From: Azolla caroliniana
Lineage: Eukaryota; Plantae; Polypodiophyta
DNA length: 64,000 bases
Direction of reading: 5' to 3'
Assembly (NCBI GenBank): GCA_043228905.1
Contig: JBHGNT010000003.1
Span: forward strand, 23,002,001-23,066,000
Shown here: piece after piece, positions 27,425 to 41,834 of the stretch
How positions within the stretch are numbered: the stretch's first letter is position 1
Layout: each line of letters opens with the position of its first letter
Made by a program: the position numbers and the translations under genes
Notes under the pieces: generated by a model
Told to the model about the DNA's origin: nothing
What the model saw: only the letters and a program-made list of their open reading frames with translations
Databases searched by the model: none

Positions 27425-28868
27425 ATTTGCAACCGAAGTAAGGGAAGAGCTATTTCGACTAAAGGTAGAATCACCACTTGGTTTCATGTAGTATGAAAGA
27501 AATTTCAAGGATTTGTGGACAACATGGACTCGTATTCGTGGTGGCATTGAAGACGAGTGGTTTAAAATGGAATGATTCAAGATAGGTCTTGATATGTATT
27601 TCTGTTTGGAGGCAAACTTGAAGGATCCCACATCTTTTCAAGCTCTTATCCAAGTTTGTCAAGCTTACGAATGACAAGTGAAGATGATGAGTTCCATGGG
27701 GGACCCCCAAATGACGTCTTTGGGTGCAAATTTGATGCCTCGTGCTAACTTTCAAGCCTCATATTAAATTGTGCATGGTGGACAAGTGTTTCCAAATGTG
27801 TATACCACCACAACAATAAACCCAACAAGTATATCTCAAGAAGTGGAACAAGTGAAGAGTGAAGAAGATACAATGGCATTGGTAAATCGGTGCTCTAATG
27901 AAGTGATGGCCCACTTGCGACAATCCCAAGCAATTCACAACACTATTCCCGATGGTGTAATTTTTTATTCTTGTCAAGAGGAGGGACACATCTCAACAAG
28001 ATCTCCTCATCGACAACAAAGAGGCATGGGAAGAGGAATGTATCAAGTGCAAAGGAATGGACAACGACCTAATAACAATGAAGTCGAAGGAGGCGTAACA
28101 CTTCCTATGGCTCAGGTTCCTACAATTCCTCATCATGTGAATCTTCTTAATTTTATTGATGATAGTGATATGTCTTGTGAAGTAGCTCATGTGAAAAGGA
28201 CAAGGTCCTCGCAAAAGGAGAAAGAAGTTGAAGGAGAATCTAGTGCCTTAAGACAAAAGAAGAAGTCTAAGGAGAATGAGAATGAGGAAATATTGAGAAG
28301 AAGACACTCTAGAAGAAAGATCAAGATGGAGGACATTCCTATGGGTGAAGGTGTAGAAGCTTTCAATTTGCACCATGAGTTGATATCAAGTGGACCACGG
28401 ATAACATGGTCGCAACTTCTCCGATTATCTCCCACATTGCAGCATGAGTTGATATCAAGTGGACCAAGGATAACATGGTCGCAACTTCTCCAATTATCTC
28501 CCACATTACGAAAGGAGTGGGGGAAGCTTGCAAGTATTCGCCAAAGTTGGAAGAGTGTGCGTTATGTGGGGATCGTGCGAGTAGAAGATCAAAAGGACAT
28601 ACGACCAACCATCCCCATCTCCATCAAAGGGTTTCACATCAGAGATGCCTTGGCTTGATTTCTGAATTTGTGGTAAACAAAGTGGGAATTCCTATTAGTA
28701 GGTCATCTTCGGCAAGGGTGGTTGTAGTTGATGGTGGAGTCGTTCATTGCATTGGCATAGTGGAGGATGTGGTCATCAAGTATTTTGGGGTAAGCATTTC
28801 GATGGATTTTCATGTAATACCACTAAAAGGACCATCATATTCTTTGGTACTAGGAAGACCATGGATGC
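27425..28868 (+). mobile_element. Ty3/gypsy gag-protease fragment
   Basis: Degenerate zinc knuckle FYSCQEEGHISTRSP; protease C-terminus DFHVIPLKGPSYSLVLGRPWM; in-frame 63-bp duplication HELISSGPRITWSQLL x2. Confidence 0.8.
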
Positions 28869-28869
28869 A

Positions 28870-29123
28870 CGGCCTTCTGCAGTGGGGCAGGAGTCCTGTT
28901 TAATTCTACCGCGTGGGTGCTCATCTCTTTGATCAAGTTCAAGAGGCAGGTTTTGATGGTATGGAGAGCAAGGATCTCTGGTCAGATACTTGAGAAACTT
29001 TAGGGTAGTAATAGTTACTGGCATGGCATTGATGGTGATGGTATGACTATTGGAGAAGGTTACAGCCTCACTTCCAATATGATCCTCACTAGTGCATTCA
29101 TTCTGCGTAGCCATTGTTAGCAT
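28870..29123 (-). pseudogene. Internally deleted paralogue of the BLE2/ARM-like gene
   Basis: MLTMATQNECTSEDHIGSEAVTFSN aligns with MLTMAAQNGLTSENHVRSGAITSSN (41779), followed by LKFLKYLTRDP. Confidence 0.6.
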
Positions 29124-30550
29124 ATGAATACACTCAAAGCCATGTATGTATGTATGTATGTATGTATGTATGTATGTATGTATGTATGTATGTATGTATG
29201 TATAGCTCTTACCAGAAACCATTATCAAGTGCCGAGTTCAATTTGACTGAGTTTTGTCTGTAGGTAGCAAAAGCTCTCCTAACGACAACTACCCACCAAA
29301 AGAAGAGGAAAGAGCAGCATTCAATGCCTCGTCAGCATTCACCTTAAAGAGTTCCGTACATTGACTGAAGTCTCCTTAGCCTCCCATCTACCCCAATCAT
29401 CATCAATAATGTATTGATCAGGTTTCTCCAGTGCTTATTGGATTTAATCATGTAGAGGTTGCATTTGAGATCATGAAATGTATAAATTCTTCATGGGTTT
29501 GAGTATTAAAGGTAGAACTTTGACATTCAGATTAGCTGAATGACCAATATTACTTTGAGAACTTTTTGTTGTCAATCACTTCGAGATTGTTATATTTGAG
29601 TTTAGATGTTGACAAAGTTGCTCTTTTGCTAGGACACTATGCTTTTTATTGGACAATAAAGAAGCAATCCATTCTCGAGTTATCATCAACGGAAGTGAAG
29701 TACAATGAATCTTGTTATTGTGGAGGACACTTCATAATGCCTATTAAGGGGAAATCTTGTCATAGATAGCATTTCCAAACATGGTTGTTTGCTATGGTGA
29801 AAGAGTATGTGTGGGTGGAACAAGTAGATCATGACCCAACAGTAATCCTAACACAAAAAAACGCCATTAAAGATCATGAAAATTATATTATGGGAACTAA
29901 TAGAATCATTATTACTCTAGAGGAATGATACAATGAGAGCCACTGAGCTATGTGATCATACACAAAGCGCTAGCATTGAAGCACTAGAATTAGGATTCTC
30001 ACCAAAATTGCTCTAGATTCCGAGAATACATAAGCTATTGACTTTAGCTACAAATTCATCAATTGCATTTACTACGTGACCACTATCTGCTCAACAATAA
30101 CTTGATGAGGCTCTTTTGTTTTCTTTTCATCAACAATCTCCTTTTGCAATTAATATCCTAAATTTCCTTATAAAAGAAAAGCTCTTAGCTTGCACTAAGT
30201 GTGTACTCATTCAACTTTTAGTGGACGAATTTAGATTTTATGGTGCATCTATATATTACTTTGTCCTAAACCAATCAAATCATTGATATCATATGAGCCA
30301 CTACACAAATGTAATCGTACATAAAGGGCTAGCATTGAAGAACTAGCGTTAACTAATACCCTCACCAAAATTTCACTAGAATACATAAGTTATTTACTTT
30401 AACAACCAATCCATCCAATGCATTAACTACACGACCACTATGTCCTTACCTATAAATTGATGACCATAACTACACGACCATAAGGGCATGCACACTAATC
30501 CTCCCCCATGTTCATATTTGTCACCTACTTGTTTCTAAATTTAACAAAAT
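29124..30550. repeat. Older duplicate of 41795-43329 (upstream region of the BLE2-like gene); includes (TATG)n and a copia RNase H relic
   Basis: Shared ctgtaggtagcaaaagctctcctaacgacaactacccaccaaaagaagagg; WTIKKQSILELSSTEVKY resembles the copia WxSKKQxxVALSSTEAEY motif. Confidence 0.8.
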
Positions 30551-31183
30551 CAATATTCTTTAATCAACAAGAAATAAAGTTACAATTTGTGCTTTTCACA
30601 TGTCTCTAGCTCAGAAAAGAAAAACTATTAAATTTGCAGCCCTTATGGTATTAACAACGTCAATCTATGTACAACATTAAGGCAATGATGCATGCTAAAT
30701 AAGCGCCATTATTTTTACCCTCAAAACCAGCTCCAAAAGTCTATATTATGAACAAAAGTGCTCTTTCTCAACTTCGTTGCATTAGGATTCAGATTTGAAA
30801 CCCCAAGTTTTAACAAGAAACTAAAGTATTGTGTAGCAAATAATGAGAGTGTGAGGAAGGCCCAAGATGACCAAGTTGACTGATGTTGATCATAGACTCA
30901 ATATGTCGAAACTCAAGGATATCCCCCAACAATCATCTTTTATCCTTATCTCATCTTTCTTATGTAATCTTCTCACCCTATATGTAAAGCTTTTTGGTAT
31001 AAATCATGCATTTTGATCTCAAATCATATTGTTGATCTATTGTATCTTTGTGAATTTTATAGCTACTATTCTTATTATGCCACTTCATATCTATGTAATT
31101 CATTTTATCAAGATTTCCTCATCTAATGTCACAGATGATGTTGTTTTCTTTTTGGAAAGCAACATTGAGGGAAGGAAAAGAAT

Positions 31184-33097
31184 TATTGAACGAGCAAGCT
31201 CAACATGGGCCAGATTGGCTCAAGAAGCCGAGAACCGGATCGAATGGCGAACGATCGGCTAGACCCCAGATCGGAGAATCGAATCGGCGTGGGCTAGTAG
31301 GCCATTAGAGTACTACATACCTAGAGTACTAGGTAATCATAGCTTTTAGGAGTTACTGTGAGTAGCTCATTTATGAGCATTGAAGTACTTGTTAGTTCCC
31401 TAAGGACTTATAAAAGTGCTTACTAAGCACATGGTATGTAACAAAATGCCAATAGTTTTGAAAGAGCGTTTTTGTTGCCTTGCTCTCTCTGTCTCTCACC
31501 CACTCTATGTATTCCATTCTTTGTGTTTTCCGTTGCTATCCGGGTGAGCCGGTTGTGATATGTTTTTAGCTTCCGCACGTTAATCTTTACATGGTATCAG
31601 AGCGCAAGGGTTGACAATCCTCTTTTGTCGACGAACACTCAACACTTACAAACCCTAACTCTCAGACAAGAACATACAAGAAGGAAAATGGATAGAGGCA
31701 TGGGAAGTTCGATTCCGACGGAGAAACTCGACAGAAACAACGACATGTCTTGGTCATACAAGATACACCAGTACTTGCTTAGACACGAGTACTGGAGTTA
31801 TGTGGAAGGAGCGAACGACGCAGCACCGAATACAACATAGAGGGATTTTCCACCTTGGGAGCCGGCAACAAGCAGAGCAATGTACTTCTTCATGTCTAGC
31901 ATTGATGATCAGCTACTCACGTACATCCGGGATGCCAAGATGCCCAAAGAAGCTTGGACGCACCCGAAGAAGGTTTTTAGGACAAGCACAACGGCCAAGA
32001 AGTTGCACCTCCGATAAGAGCTCAATAATGTCCGACAAAAGGATTTGTCAGTCGCCCATTACATAGCCTGGATCAAGGACATCTACGACTCTCTCGTCTC
32101 CATTAACGTGACTATCAAGGAGGACAAGATGGTGCAGGTTTGTCTTGGTGGGTTGGCGTCTAAGTTCAGATCATTCTGAATGGCTGTTTGCACGAGAGAG
32201 AAGTCCCTGTCGTTTTTCGATTTACAATCGATGCACCTTGTAGAGGAGAACCACATGGGTTCATCGACGTGCACACACTCCGGCAGCAAAGTGGTTGTGG
32301 TGGATGAAGTGGGTCGGCATGCAATGGAGGCGACCGACAAGAGTAGAACAAAAGCCATTATCGTCATGTCGATAGTAGTTCTCGACCCTCCGAGAGCTGG
32401 GACAGTCAAGCCGGTGCCAAAAACCGACAAGGAAAGCCCGACAAGAAATATTGGTACTATGGCCGAAAAGGCTATAGAGAGAGGGAGTGTTGGAAGAAGA
32501 AGGCCGATTCAACCAAATCCGGATTGGGGTGGCAATGATCGCACTACGCTGAAGACTTAGAGGGAGCCAAAAAGGGCTCGACCTTTATGATGAAGCACAA
32601 GGCTAACTCATGAAGGCAAGCACCTTGAAATCGAACCAGGTGTGGTATGTCGATTCTGGAGTGTCAAACCACATGACGAGCCACGAGGAGCGGTTCTCAT
32701 ATATGGAGAAACCGGAACAACTAGGGGTCGTCGAAACCGGTGACGACACCCCACATATCATCGAGCATGTCGGTGATATTCCCCTAAACCATGTTGGACA
32801 GAAGGGAAAGTTGATGAATGTCCTGCATGTCCCAACAATCACGAAGATTGGACAGATTTTTGACCAAGGGATGCAAGTCCGATTCACTCACCTTGGATGC
32901 TTCATAGAGGGAAACAACAAAGTCATTGCACAAGGGCGCCGAGAAGGGATGATGTTTATCCTTGAAACAAATGAAGTCGGAAACGCCATGTTCGCAAAAG
33001 GGAAAAAGATCGAGTTAGATATCGACCTATGGAACAAATCGTTCGGACATATCAACTTCCCCCAACTTCGAGAAATGCAGATGAAGAACATTGTTTT
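31184..33097 (+). mobile_element. Truncated Ty1/copia element: LTR 31184-31591, PBS 31592-31603, gag from 31688, protease, GAG-pre-integrase
   Basis: ttaca|tggtatcagagc; MDRGMGSSIPTEKLDRNN; WYVDSGVSNHMT; LWNKSFGHINF. Confidence 0.92.
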
Positions 33098-33539
33098 CTA
33101 TTACGAGCATGACCATATAATATCTATGGTGAGAATTTACCATAGTATTCTATACACTACGTGAAATATGTAAAAAAAGCTAAAGTGTGCATGAAAACTA
33201 AAGTTAGAAAAAGCATGATGCTTGCATGTGATAAACTTAGACTCTTTCATCACTATATAAGGAAGAGAGAAAGATGTATATGGTTGTTGATTTTTTATAA
33301 GGATTGATTAATATAAAATATTCTTGGGATCCACAATTTTGCCATCTATTTCTCTCTTACAATCTAAGTATCAATTAATGCACTATACTCGTAGGATTCA
33401 CAATTTTCATATCTTCTTCTTGCAATCTTTTCCTAATTAACATTATCTCATATTCTTCTTTCCCCTAGTCCAAAACCCCAGTGGTTCCCACCCGACTCAT
33501 GCAAACGATTTGGCGCTGAAAGGCACGACAATGTGGATA

Positions 33540-34179
33540 ATGTATGAGGGTTAAACGAGAGTGTAAAGAAGGGGAGGATTACTTTTAATTCTCAAGATTC
33601 AGACAACCCATTAGGGCAAGTGTGAACTTTCCTGGGGGCCTTAGGTTTGGCTATAAATATGAGTACTTGCTACCCTCATTCGACACATTATCGACTATGT
33701 GGAGACTCTATCATTGTGGTGGGTCAACTTATGTAGCGAGCACGCTAGCACCATGTACGACTCGACGCCACAACGGTGGTATGGGATGCCGATCGAGGCT
33801 CGGGGGTGATCGCACCCTTCTTTCTCTCTCTCCTTTCTTATTTATCAATCTTTTATCCTGATCATATGCGTACATTAGTAGCTAAGCTCTAACAATTGGT
33901 ATCCGAGCCATGTTTCTAATGTTTCTTTTGTTGATTGTTTTTTTCTTGTTGGATGGTGATCGATTGATGTATGATCGAGCTTGATCCAGATAATTATCAA
34001 CAAAGGAACTTTGGTAACTCTTTTTTTTTTCTATTATTTCTTCTCCCAATATAAGCATGTATAGTCAATGTGTACTTTTTTACATTGATTCAATTATGTT
34101 GTAGTGGTAATAATTGGTAATAATTAATATATGCATATATAATCACATGTATACGTATTTAATCGTATACGTGTGATAA

Positions 34180-34220
<41 letters not shown>

Positions 34221-35460
34221 TTTTTATTACGTGATTGTGTATGTCGAATGTTGTACTTTTCAGGGAAAGCATCAATGTCGTACTCACCATCCTTTTTTTC
34301 AACAATTTTTTTTGTTGTTGCCATCTCCGTTGGTCACTTCAACCTTACTATGCGTTATAATGAAACGATTATAGCCACAATGATGTTGAGAGCATAGGGC
34401 GTAACCTACTTTAAGTGAGGTCGCCCCTATGACACACACATCCAACATCCCTCCCATGTTACATTGTTACGATGCCACCAGGAGATCATCATTACGAAAG
34501 GCATTCGTAATGATGTAACCATGTGATGGGCCACGTGGGCCTACTATGAAAAGAGGGCTCGTGTGGTTTGACCATTAGGTTGCACTTTGGGGTATGTCGT
34601 TGTAATGATGAACCTTGAGGTTGGGTAACGTACCAACATAGTTTTGTAGTAAACGAGGGGGAAATAAGGACTCTCGACATATATATTTTCATTTAAAAAA
34701 ACATATATGGGCAAATGCCTTCGCATATCTCTCATATGCATAAACATTAAACCTTCACAAGAAGCAAACCATTTTTTAGCTCAAGTGTTTAATGTATTTC
34801 TTCTCGAGGTTTCGAGTTCAAATATGACCAAGACCATACAACATTGTTGATACATATGACAATAACACATGTTTAGACTTGAGGTATAAGTGCACTTCGG
34901 GGTCCTCGTAATAGGACTTAAAGAGCTGAAACCACATGGGTAGCCGCAGAGATATAGTTTATTGTTAACAAGTTTTCGTGTTTAAACTATTCATGAAGCA
35001 AACATACATGGTTGAGCCTCGGGGAGCTGCCATGAAAAAATCGAGATAAAGATCAGGGAAACACATTCATTTGTCACCCCCATGGTTTTTAAAACACCTT
35101 TGTGTTACCATAGTAACCTGATCTTGAACCTTATCTCATACGTTTAGAGGGGTATTGACGTGAGATCCTCATATCGATTAATGTTTGCCCATGATACGTT
35201 TACATCATGACATAATGTTATAACTATTTGTTTGACCTTATCCTACTTCTTTGCCAGAAATTATCATTCAATGGCTCATACTAACGACCTGATCAGGAAA
35301 TCCTCCTGGTCAATCCCCGTTGAGTCGTATTTGATATAAATACAAAATTTCTTTAATTCAACCGTGCATCAGATGTGTGAACTTTGGCGATCTCATAATG
35401 CTCTCGAGGCACGTGTCATTAGTTTACAACGTGATACTAATAGATTTGATTGTCATGAGT
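33540..35460 (+). mobile_element. LTR end, PBS and non-coding internal region of a probable non-autonomous LTR element
   Basis: ctctaaca-at-tggtatccgagcc (PBS 33897-33908); no recognisable ORF downstream; relatives at 14.2 and 48.8 kb. Confidence 0.55.
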
Positions 35461-35481
35461 AGATGATACCTCATGAGGTTT

Positions 35482-35540
35482 AGGGTGACTCGAACCTGTG
35501 ACCTTCTAAGGAGAAGCACTTAGCTCTAGCCATTAGGTTA
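35482..35540 (-). mobile_element. tRNA-like (SINE head-like) segment
   Basis: Minus strand TAACCTAATGG (A-box-like) ... GGTTCGAGTCA (B-box-like) at tRNA-like spacing. Confidence 0.4.
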
Positions 35541-36049
35541 TATATGTTGTACATAAAGATATTATAATTTATTTTATTATAATATTGATAATGTAACCCT
35601 ATAAATATCCAAAGGGGGCCATGACCTTTCAATATCCGAAAGGGTATCATGACCCTACAACATCCCAAAGGGTATCATGACTCTACAAACATTCAAGGGG
35701 CACATACTACTCCTATATAAATAGGACATTGTATTGTTAGAACCATTCTGGTTCAACACCAGTCTTTGGCAAATATTCTAGTTCTTGCTCTTGTATATTT
35801 TCCTATTATAATAAAATATAGTCATTGTTCTCTCTTTCTTTTCCTCTCTTGTTTAATCTTCTTTGGTCAAGCTAAGGCCTTGTCACCGATGAGTGTCAAG
35901 GCGTACGATCATTTGTCGTAAAGCCATTTACGGGAGAAAAAAAGGAAAGAACCGAAGAAGCAATTTGCACGTGGTTGGGCCGATGGGAGTCTCATTTTGA
36001 GCTCTATCCCAAGCCTGGTGGCGTGGGTTCTAGACTTTGGAGAGATTTC

Positions 36050-39000
36050 CCAATACCTAGACAAAATGTGTCATAGCTTTCATGGGCCAATTTCTGTAAC
36101 CTCCATCTCGAACCAAGGCAACACAAACTTTAATGAAGCTCTCTAGTAGGGAGTTCTCCTCGCTAGAAGACTATGTTCATTATGCTAGAACACAAATCCA
36201 AAAATCGGGTCTAGAAGGGGACAATTGGTTGATAGCTTGTTTTGTCAATGGCATCCTCAATTCGGACTATCACTAGATAGTGCACGATAAGGATCCCAAA
36301 TCCTTCGGAGAGGAGGCTGTTGAAATAGTTCTTTGCTATCAACACACTTCGAAGGACCATAACAAACCCAACGAAGCGCCTGGGACTAAGCCGTCGCAAT
36401 TTGCTGGGAAAGGCAAGACACCCAACAAATTCATGGATCGGGATTGTAAGCAACAAAATCCTTTTCGTGTATTCTACAAAAAGAAGGGCCATACAAAAGA
36501 GAAATGTCGAAAGCTCTAATGGAAAGAGCATGACAACAAAACAAAAGTTGCAGACTAGAAAGGTCAGATTCCTGATGTCCTTGAGGTCTATACACATCAT
36601 TTAAATAATTGTAAATGTTCTTTCCCTCACTATGTATTGGGACCTAATGATTTACTACGTGCAAACGAGTATATCAATGGATCTCCCGTACAATTTTTAT
36701 TTGATTCGTGAAGCTCACACAATTTTGTGAATGATCGTTTGGTTCGAACATGGGGAATCGAACCCACCGTAAGTGATCACACCTATAGGGTGTACTTGGC
36801 TGATGGAAGAGTACAATATAATCAAAGAGGCGATTCATTCATTATGAATTTCTATTGTTACTTATATAGAGGAAGTAGACTTCCATGTAATGAATCTTTG
36901 AACCACTAATGTAATACTAGGCATCCCTAGTTTTATAATAAAAACTCTTCTTTGTCTATTGATTGGGTTCACCATTCCATTTCCTTTGCACTGAATGATT
37001 GTACTCATTTTATTCAATGTTTAAATAAACAATCTCTTTCGATTGTTTCCTCTCCATCAATATCCGAGTTATCTTGTTCTTCTTTATTTTATTGTGTATT
37101 TGATCAGAACATTCATGTTTATAATAACGATAATGTCTCGGGGTCAATTATCATATTTTTAGGAACAACAGCTCGATGAAATCTCAAATCATTTTGGTGA
37201 TATTTTTCTGAACTAACTACCACATGGGTTACCTCCTAAACGTAATCTAGACCACCATATAGATATTGTACCTGGTGTTGCACCAATAAGGATACCTCCT
37301 TATCGCATAAGTCGATCCGAAGAGGATGAGGTATCTAAGAAACTCAATGACTATTTACAAATGGATTATATACGTTATCGTAAATCTCCATTGGGGGCAA
37401 CTGTTCTCTTTGCAAAAAAGAAAGACGACACATGGCGTATGTGTATCAATTACCGACACTTGAATAAAGTGACGATCAAGAATTCATATCCATTGCCCCC
37501 GGTTGACGATCTAATTGACCGTCTCCAAGGAGCTCGATATTTTATGAAACATTATCTCCGTACGGGCTACCATCAAATTCATATAAGTGAGGAAGATGTT
37601 CCTAAAATGGCATTTCGTACGCACTATGGCCATTATGAGTTTTTGGTTATGCCTTTCGGTTGGACCAATGCTCCGGCCACATTTCGACAACAAATGAATA
37701 ACATTTTCCGAGAACAACATGGAAAATTTGTCGTTATTTTCTTGGATGATATTCTAGTTTATAGTCGTACACTAGAAGAACATGTTAAACATGTCCACTT
37801 TATTTTACAAACATTTTGTGACAAGCAATTCTACACGAAGATCTCAAAATGGGAGTTCCTTAAGAAATCAATTACTTATCTTGGACATCTCATAACTGAA
37901 TGAGGAGTTGAAATTGATCATTCTCGCATCGAGAAAGTAAAACTTTGGCCCACTCTTTGGAATATTCGAGAAGTTCGATCATTCCTTGGTTTTGTCGGGT
38001 TTTTGCGAAAATCTCTTCATAATTACTCCCAATTGATGACACCGTTTACTGATCTTCTCAAAGGTCAGTAGAATGCTACACTAGACCTCTCCTTTAAGGA
38101 ACTCAAGGACCTAGTGTGCAAGGCTCCTTCGCTTCTTTTACTAGATCCTTCAAAACCTTTTCAGGTTGAAATTAATGTAAGCGTTTATACTATAGGTGTC
38201 GTCCTATATCAAGATGGTAAACCAATAACATTTGAGAGTAAGAAACTTGATTCGGCTCAGTGTCGGTATACCGTGCAAGAAAAGGAATTGTTTGTAGTTA
38301 TTCATGCACTCAAGACATGGCGCCATTATCTTTATGGAAATCCTTTTGTGGTAACTACGGACCATGAGTTCTTGAAATATTTTTGTGACCAACAAGGCCT
38401 TAAAGGTCGTAAAGCACGATGGTCATATCTCATCTTAAAGGTTCCATGAACACTATCGTTGATGCACAAAGTCACATCCGTGAAGTTAACATGCTTAACT
38501 TCACTGAAATAACATCAGATCTTTATGATCACCTCTGAGGAAAGTATCCTGATGACAATTATGTTGCAAAATACTTGGCAAGAGTTGAGTCTGGAATAGA
38601 CACCACCACATCCTTGAAGGATATCTTCCACATTGCTAACGGTCTGCTCTGCCGTAATAGGAAGGTTTGTGTTCCAAATTTACTTGAGGTCAGAAAGAGA
38701 ATTCTTTTTTAATGCCATGATACACCCTCAGCAGGGCACCCTGGAATACATCGTACACTCATTCTCATTTCCAATCAATTCTATTGGCCTAAGATGCGTC
38801 CTGACATACATAACTATGTGACTAAGTGTCACCAGTGTCAGGTTAGCAAAGCTGAGCGACTTAAAGTCGCACGACTTTTACATCCCTTGGACATTCCCAA
38901 TAATAAGTGGGAAAGTATATCATTGAATTTTATTGTTAGGCTTCCTCGCACCCAAAAAGGCCACGATGCCATCTGGGTTGTGGTTGATCGACTAACTAAA

Positions 39001-39085
39001 ATGGCCAGATTTATTGCTACTAAAACCGCGGTAACAGCTCCTGAATGGGCTTACCAATTCGTTGACGAGTTATTTCTTGGTGAGT
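36050..39085 (+). mobile_element. Degenerate Ty3/gypsy gag-pol (zinc knuckle, protease, RT, RNase H, integrase)
   Basis: KKKGHTKEKC; FLFDS*SSHNFV; [30 protein letters not shown]; QEKELFVVIHALKTWRHYL; WVVVDRLTKMARFI. Confidence 0.95.
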
Positions 39086-39329
39086 TGTGAAGTTAATATA
39101 CATCTTGATGAGTTGATGGCTTGATCCTATTCAAATAGAATTTATAGTAAACTTACCCCACGTCTCTAAGGTTTTCATTTAAATGCCTTTAGGTTTATCA
39201 CTCCATATCAATATTTCCTAGGTTGAATGATCATTGTTCTATTTATTATCATGTAAATCATTCGAGGAAGAGTGATGTCAGATGATTACGTAGAATGTGG
39301 TATTGCCGTAATTGATGCATATGTGGGCT

Positions 39330-39882
39330 CTAATGTTGATCGCACCATACGTTGTTGCCGCTCGGAACACATTTTGAATAGTCTATTGTCACATCTTACT
39401 GCTCTACTAATTGCCTCCGTAAGTGATTTGGGATCCTTAGGAAAAGTTAGAAGCAAATCCTTTACATCATTGTGAAGGCCATTTTAGAAAGCCCTGAAAT
39501 TACGAGTGTTTGATGCCTGAGTTGGATAATGTGTCGGGTGCATTTGAATTACGAATCGTACCTGATTCAGAAAGCCCTGAAATTACGAGCGCGTTCGATC
39601 AAACATTGCTGGAAGACATATCTGAGGTTCCTTAAAAATGCCTTGGTTTTCGATTGCTTGTTGTTGTGAAGACTCTAGTGTCATCTCTAATTTTTGAACT
39701 TGTTCCTCATATTGTCGTACTCGTTGTTTCAATCCTACATCTTGTTGTCGCTTCTCCATTATGAGTTGTTGTAGATCTCCAAGTAGACGTTGATTAGCTT
39801 GTTCAAGCGTCACGAATTTGCCTTTCAAGCATTCAAGCTCTGATAGGACAAATTGATGTTCCTCAAGGCTAATGGAAGCCAA
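39330..39882 (-). mobile_element. Ty3/gypsy gag fragment, internally deleted
   Basis: EPQICLPAMFDRTRS*FQGFLNQVRFVIQMHP and DVKDLLLTFPKDPKSLTEAISRAVRCDNRL read on the minus strand. Confidence 0.7.
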
Positions 39883-40534
39883 TAGAGTGCTAGGAGATTT
39901 TGGGTAGAGGTGAATTCCAGTTCAAACTACCAGTGCGCGGACAAGAGAAAATGATAGAGGTGCTTAGAAGAAGCGGAATGGAGATATGTATTATTACACT
40001 AGGGTAGAGAATTAAGAGAATGAATGATAATGTAGGCTAGAGGGCTCGGGACTGGTGTTGAATTGGAATGGCTTGAAAATAGTGAGGGGCTTCAATTTAT
40101 AGGAGTGGGTGATGCCACATGCAAGAGCAATCAATGGCATGTGTCATCCCTGCAACTGCAATCAATGGCACATGTCATCCCTGTTTTGGAATATTCCAAA
40201 ATGTTCTATAATGCTATATATATACATCTCTTAATAATGACATGAATTATTATCACATAATCTAAATGACCCAACGGGTAAGGTGTTATAAGATATGTGC
40301 TACGGTTGAGGGTTCGAGCTTTTCCATTATTCATGATAGGTTTCAATGCAAGTTTAGGAAGTCGATGTGAGAGAATTTTTTGAACCTTAAGTATGTATTC
40401 AACAACCCATTCCATGGTCATGATCTCAATGGGAAGTGATCTCGTCTCAAGGAGAGTGATTCATCTCATGGAGGAGAAGGGTGTATGGAGAGAGAGAGAG
40501 GGGGGGGGGGGGGGGGGGGGGGGTGAGGTGAGAG

Positions 40535-40640
40535 AGTTATGGTGCAACTAGATTTGGAGAAAGTGTATGATCATGTTAATTAGTTCTTTGTTTCTGGGTT
40601 AATGCATACAATGGGCTTTGGACCACATATGTCTTGCCAC
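40535..40640 (+). mobile_element. LINE reverse-transcriptase fragment after a (GA)n/poly-G tract
   Basis: MVQLDLEKVYDHVN*FFVSGLMHTMGFGP matches the LDxEKAYDxVxW motif. Confidence 0.75.
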
Positions 40641-41070
40641 AGACAAGAGGTGATGTCTTGAGTTATGCAATATATCTACTATTTGAAAATTAAATACAAA
40701 AACCCTTAGCCTTGCAAAGAACAACCCATAGCACCATTTCAGTAGCATGAAAATATAACTAACAGACTTTTCATTGGAGCATACACTTCTTGATGTAGAA
40801 ACCTTTAGAGATGAATGTCACTAATCAATGTCACAATCGCTTGTGTAAACTATTGGGACAATGAGACAGAAATTCATGTAAGGATTGGGTTTGCTCGAAT
40901 ATGTGTGGAAAACATAATCAAATGTGATAAAGCGCAGTAACAATGTATTAAAGTAACGCATAGTCCAATGTGATAAAAGGCAAGAGAAATGTATTATTAA
41001 GTCTAATTCTCAGATTCCATGACTTGTTAAAAGAAAGAAAGACTCCATGACTTGTTAAAAGAAAGTTATA

Positions 41071-41779
41071 TTAATGTCCCGTAGGACCAGAATTGGCACA
41101 TGAGACAAATGATAGAAAAGTTATATTAACGTCCCGTAAGACTTCAAGTGCGTAGCCTCGGTTTAACTTTGTTGCTACACCCTCGCTGGGCATGGTGTAA
41201 GTGGCGCCCAAACCGTCATTGTCCTCATCATGCTGCATTTCTAGCAGGCTGGTTCGATAGATGTACCGTGCACCTAGAAACAGGACGATAATGGTGACAA
41301 ACCAGAAGTCAATCGCCTTCATCATGATTGCAAAACCACCCACGAGGACGACGGTGGCCCAAATAAACATAAGGGAACCAAACAGGATTCCCATCTTTTC
41401 AGGGATAACCAAGCCCAACACAATCCGGTAGACTAATTCCTCAGGGTACGGTTGAGCAACTCCACGATTAGATTGCATCGGCAGGATTCGACGACATGCT
41501 AGGATTAGATTGCATCAACGGATTTGATGGCACTGTGGGAACCTCGAGAGAGTAAGGAACGGCCTGTTGAGATGATTGGGGTGCACCAGGGGTAGTAGTG
41601 GTGCTGGTAGTGGTAGTGGTAGTGGAAGTAGGTTGGGAATATCTGGTGCCATTAGTGGGAGATGCTCGTGATGTTAGAGAGCCATCCATGTTGATGCTAT
41701 GATAATTGGAGGAGGTTATTGCTCCACTTCGAACATGATTCTCACTAGTTAGCCCATTCTGTGCGGCCATTGTTAGCAT
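41071..41779 (-). pseudogene. 5' part of a BLE2-like / ARM-repeat superfamily membrane protein gene; frameshifted at ~41480 and 3'-truncated
   Basis: EKMGILFGSLMFIWATVVLVGGFAIMMKAIDFWFVTIIV...LEMQH resembles the BLE2-family motif WATVVLLGGF...DFWFxT...LEWQH; the two ORFs are 301 nt apart (out of frame). Confidence 0.75.
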
Positions 41780-41799
41780 GTGAATATGTTAGCATATGA

Positions 41800-41834
<35 letters not shown>

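Noticed and set aside
27771-28658. 295-aa ORF as a host gene
   Set aside because: Degenerate zinc knuckle and adjacent retropepsin motif identify it as gypsy gag-protease
40491-40523. Poly-G tract as a functional G-quadruplex
   Set aside because: Simple homopolymer next to (GA)n within a LINE relic; length is error-prone
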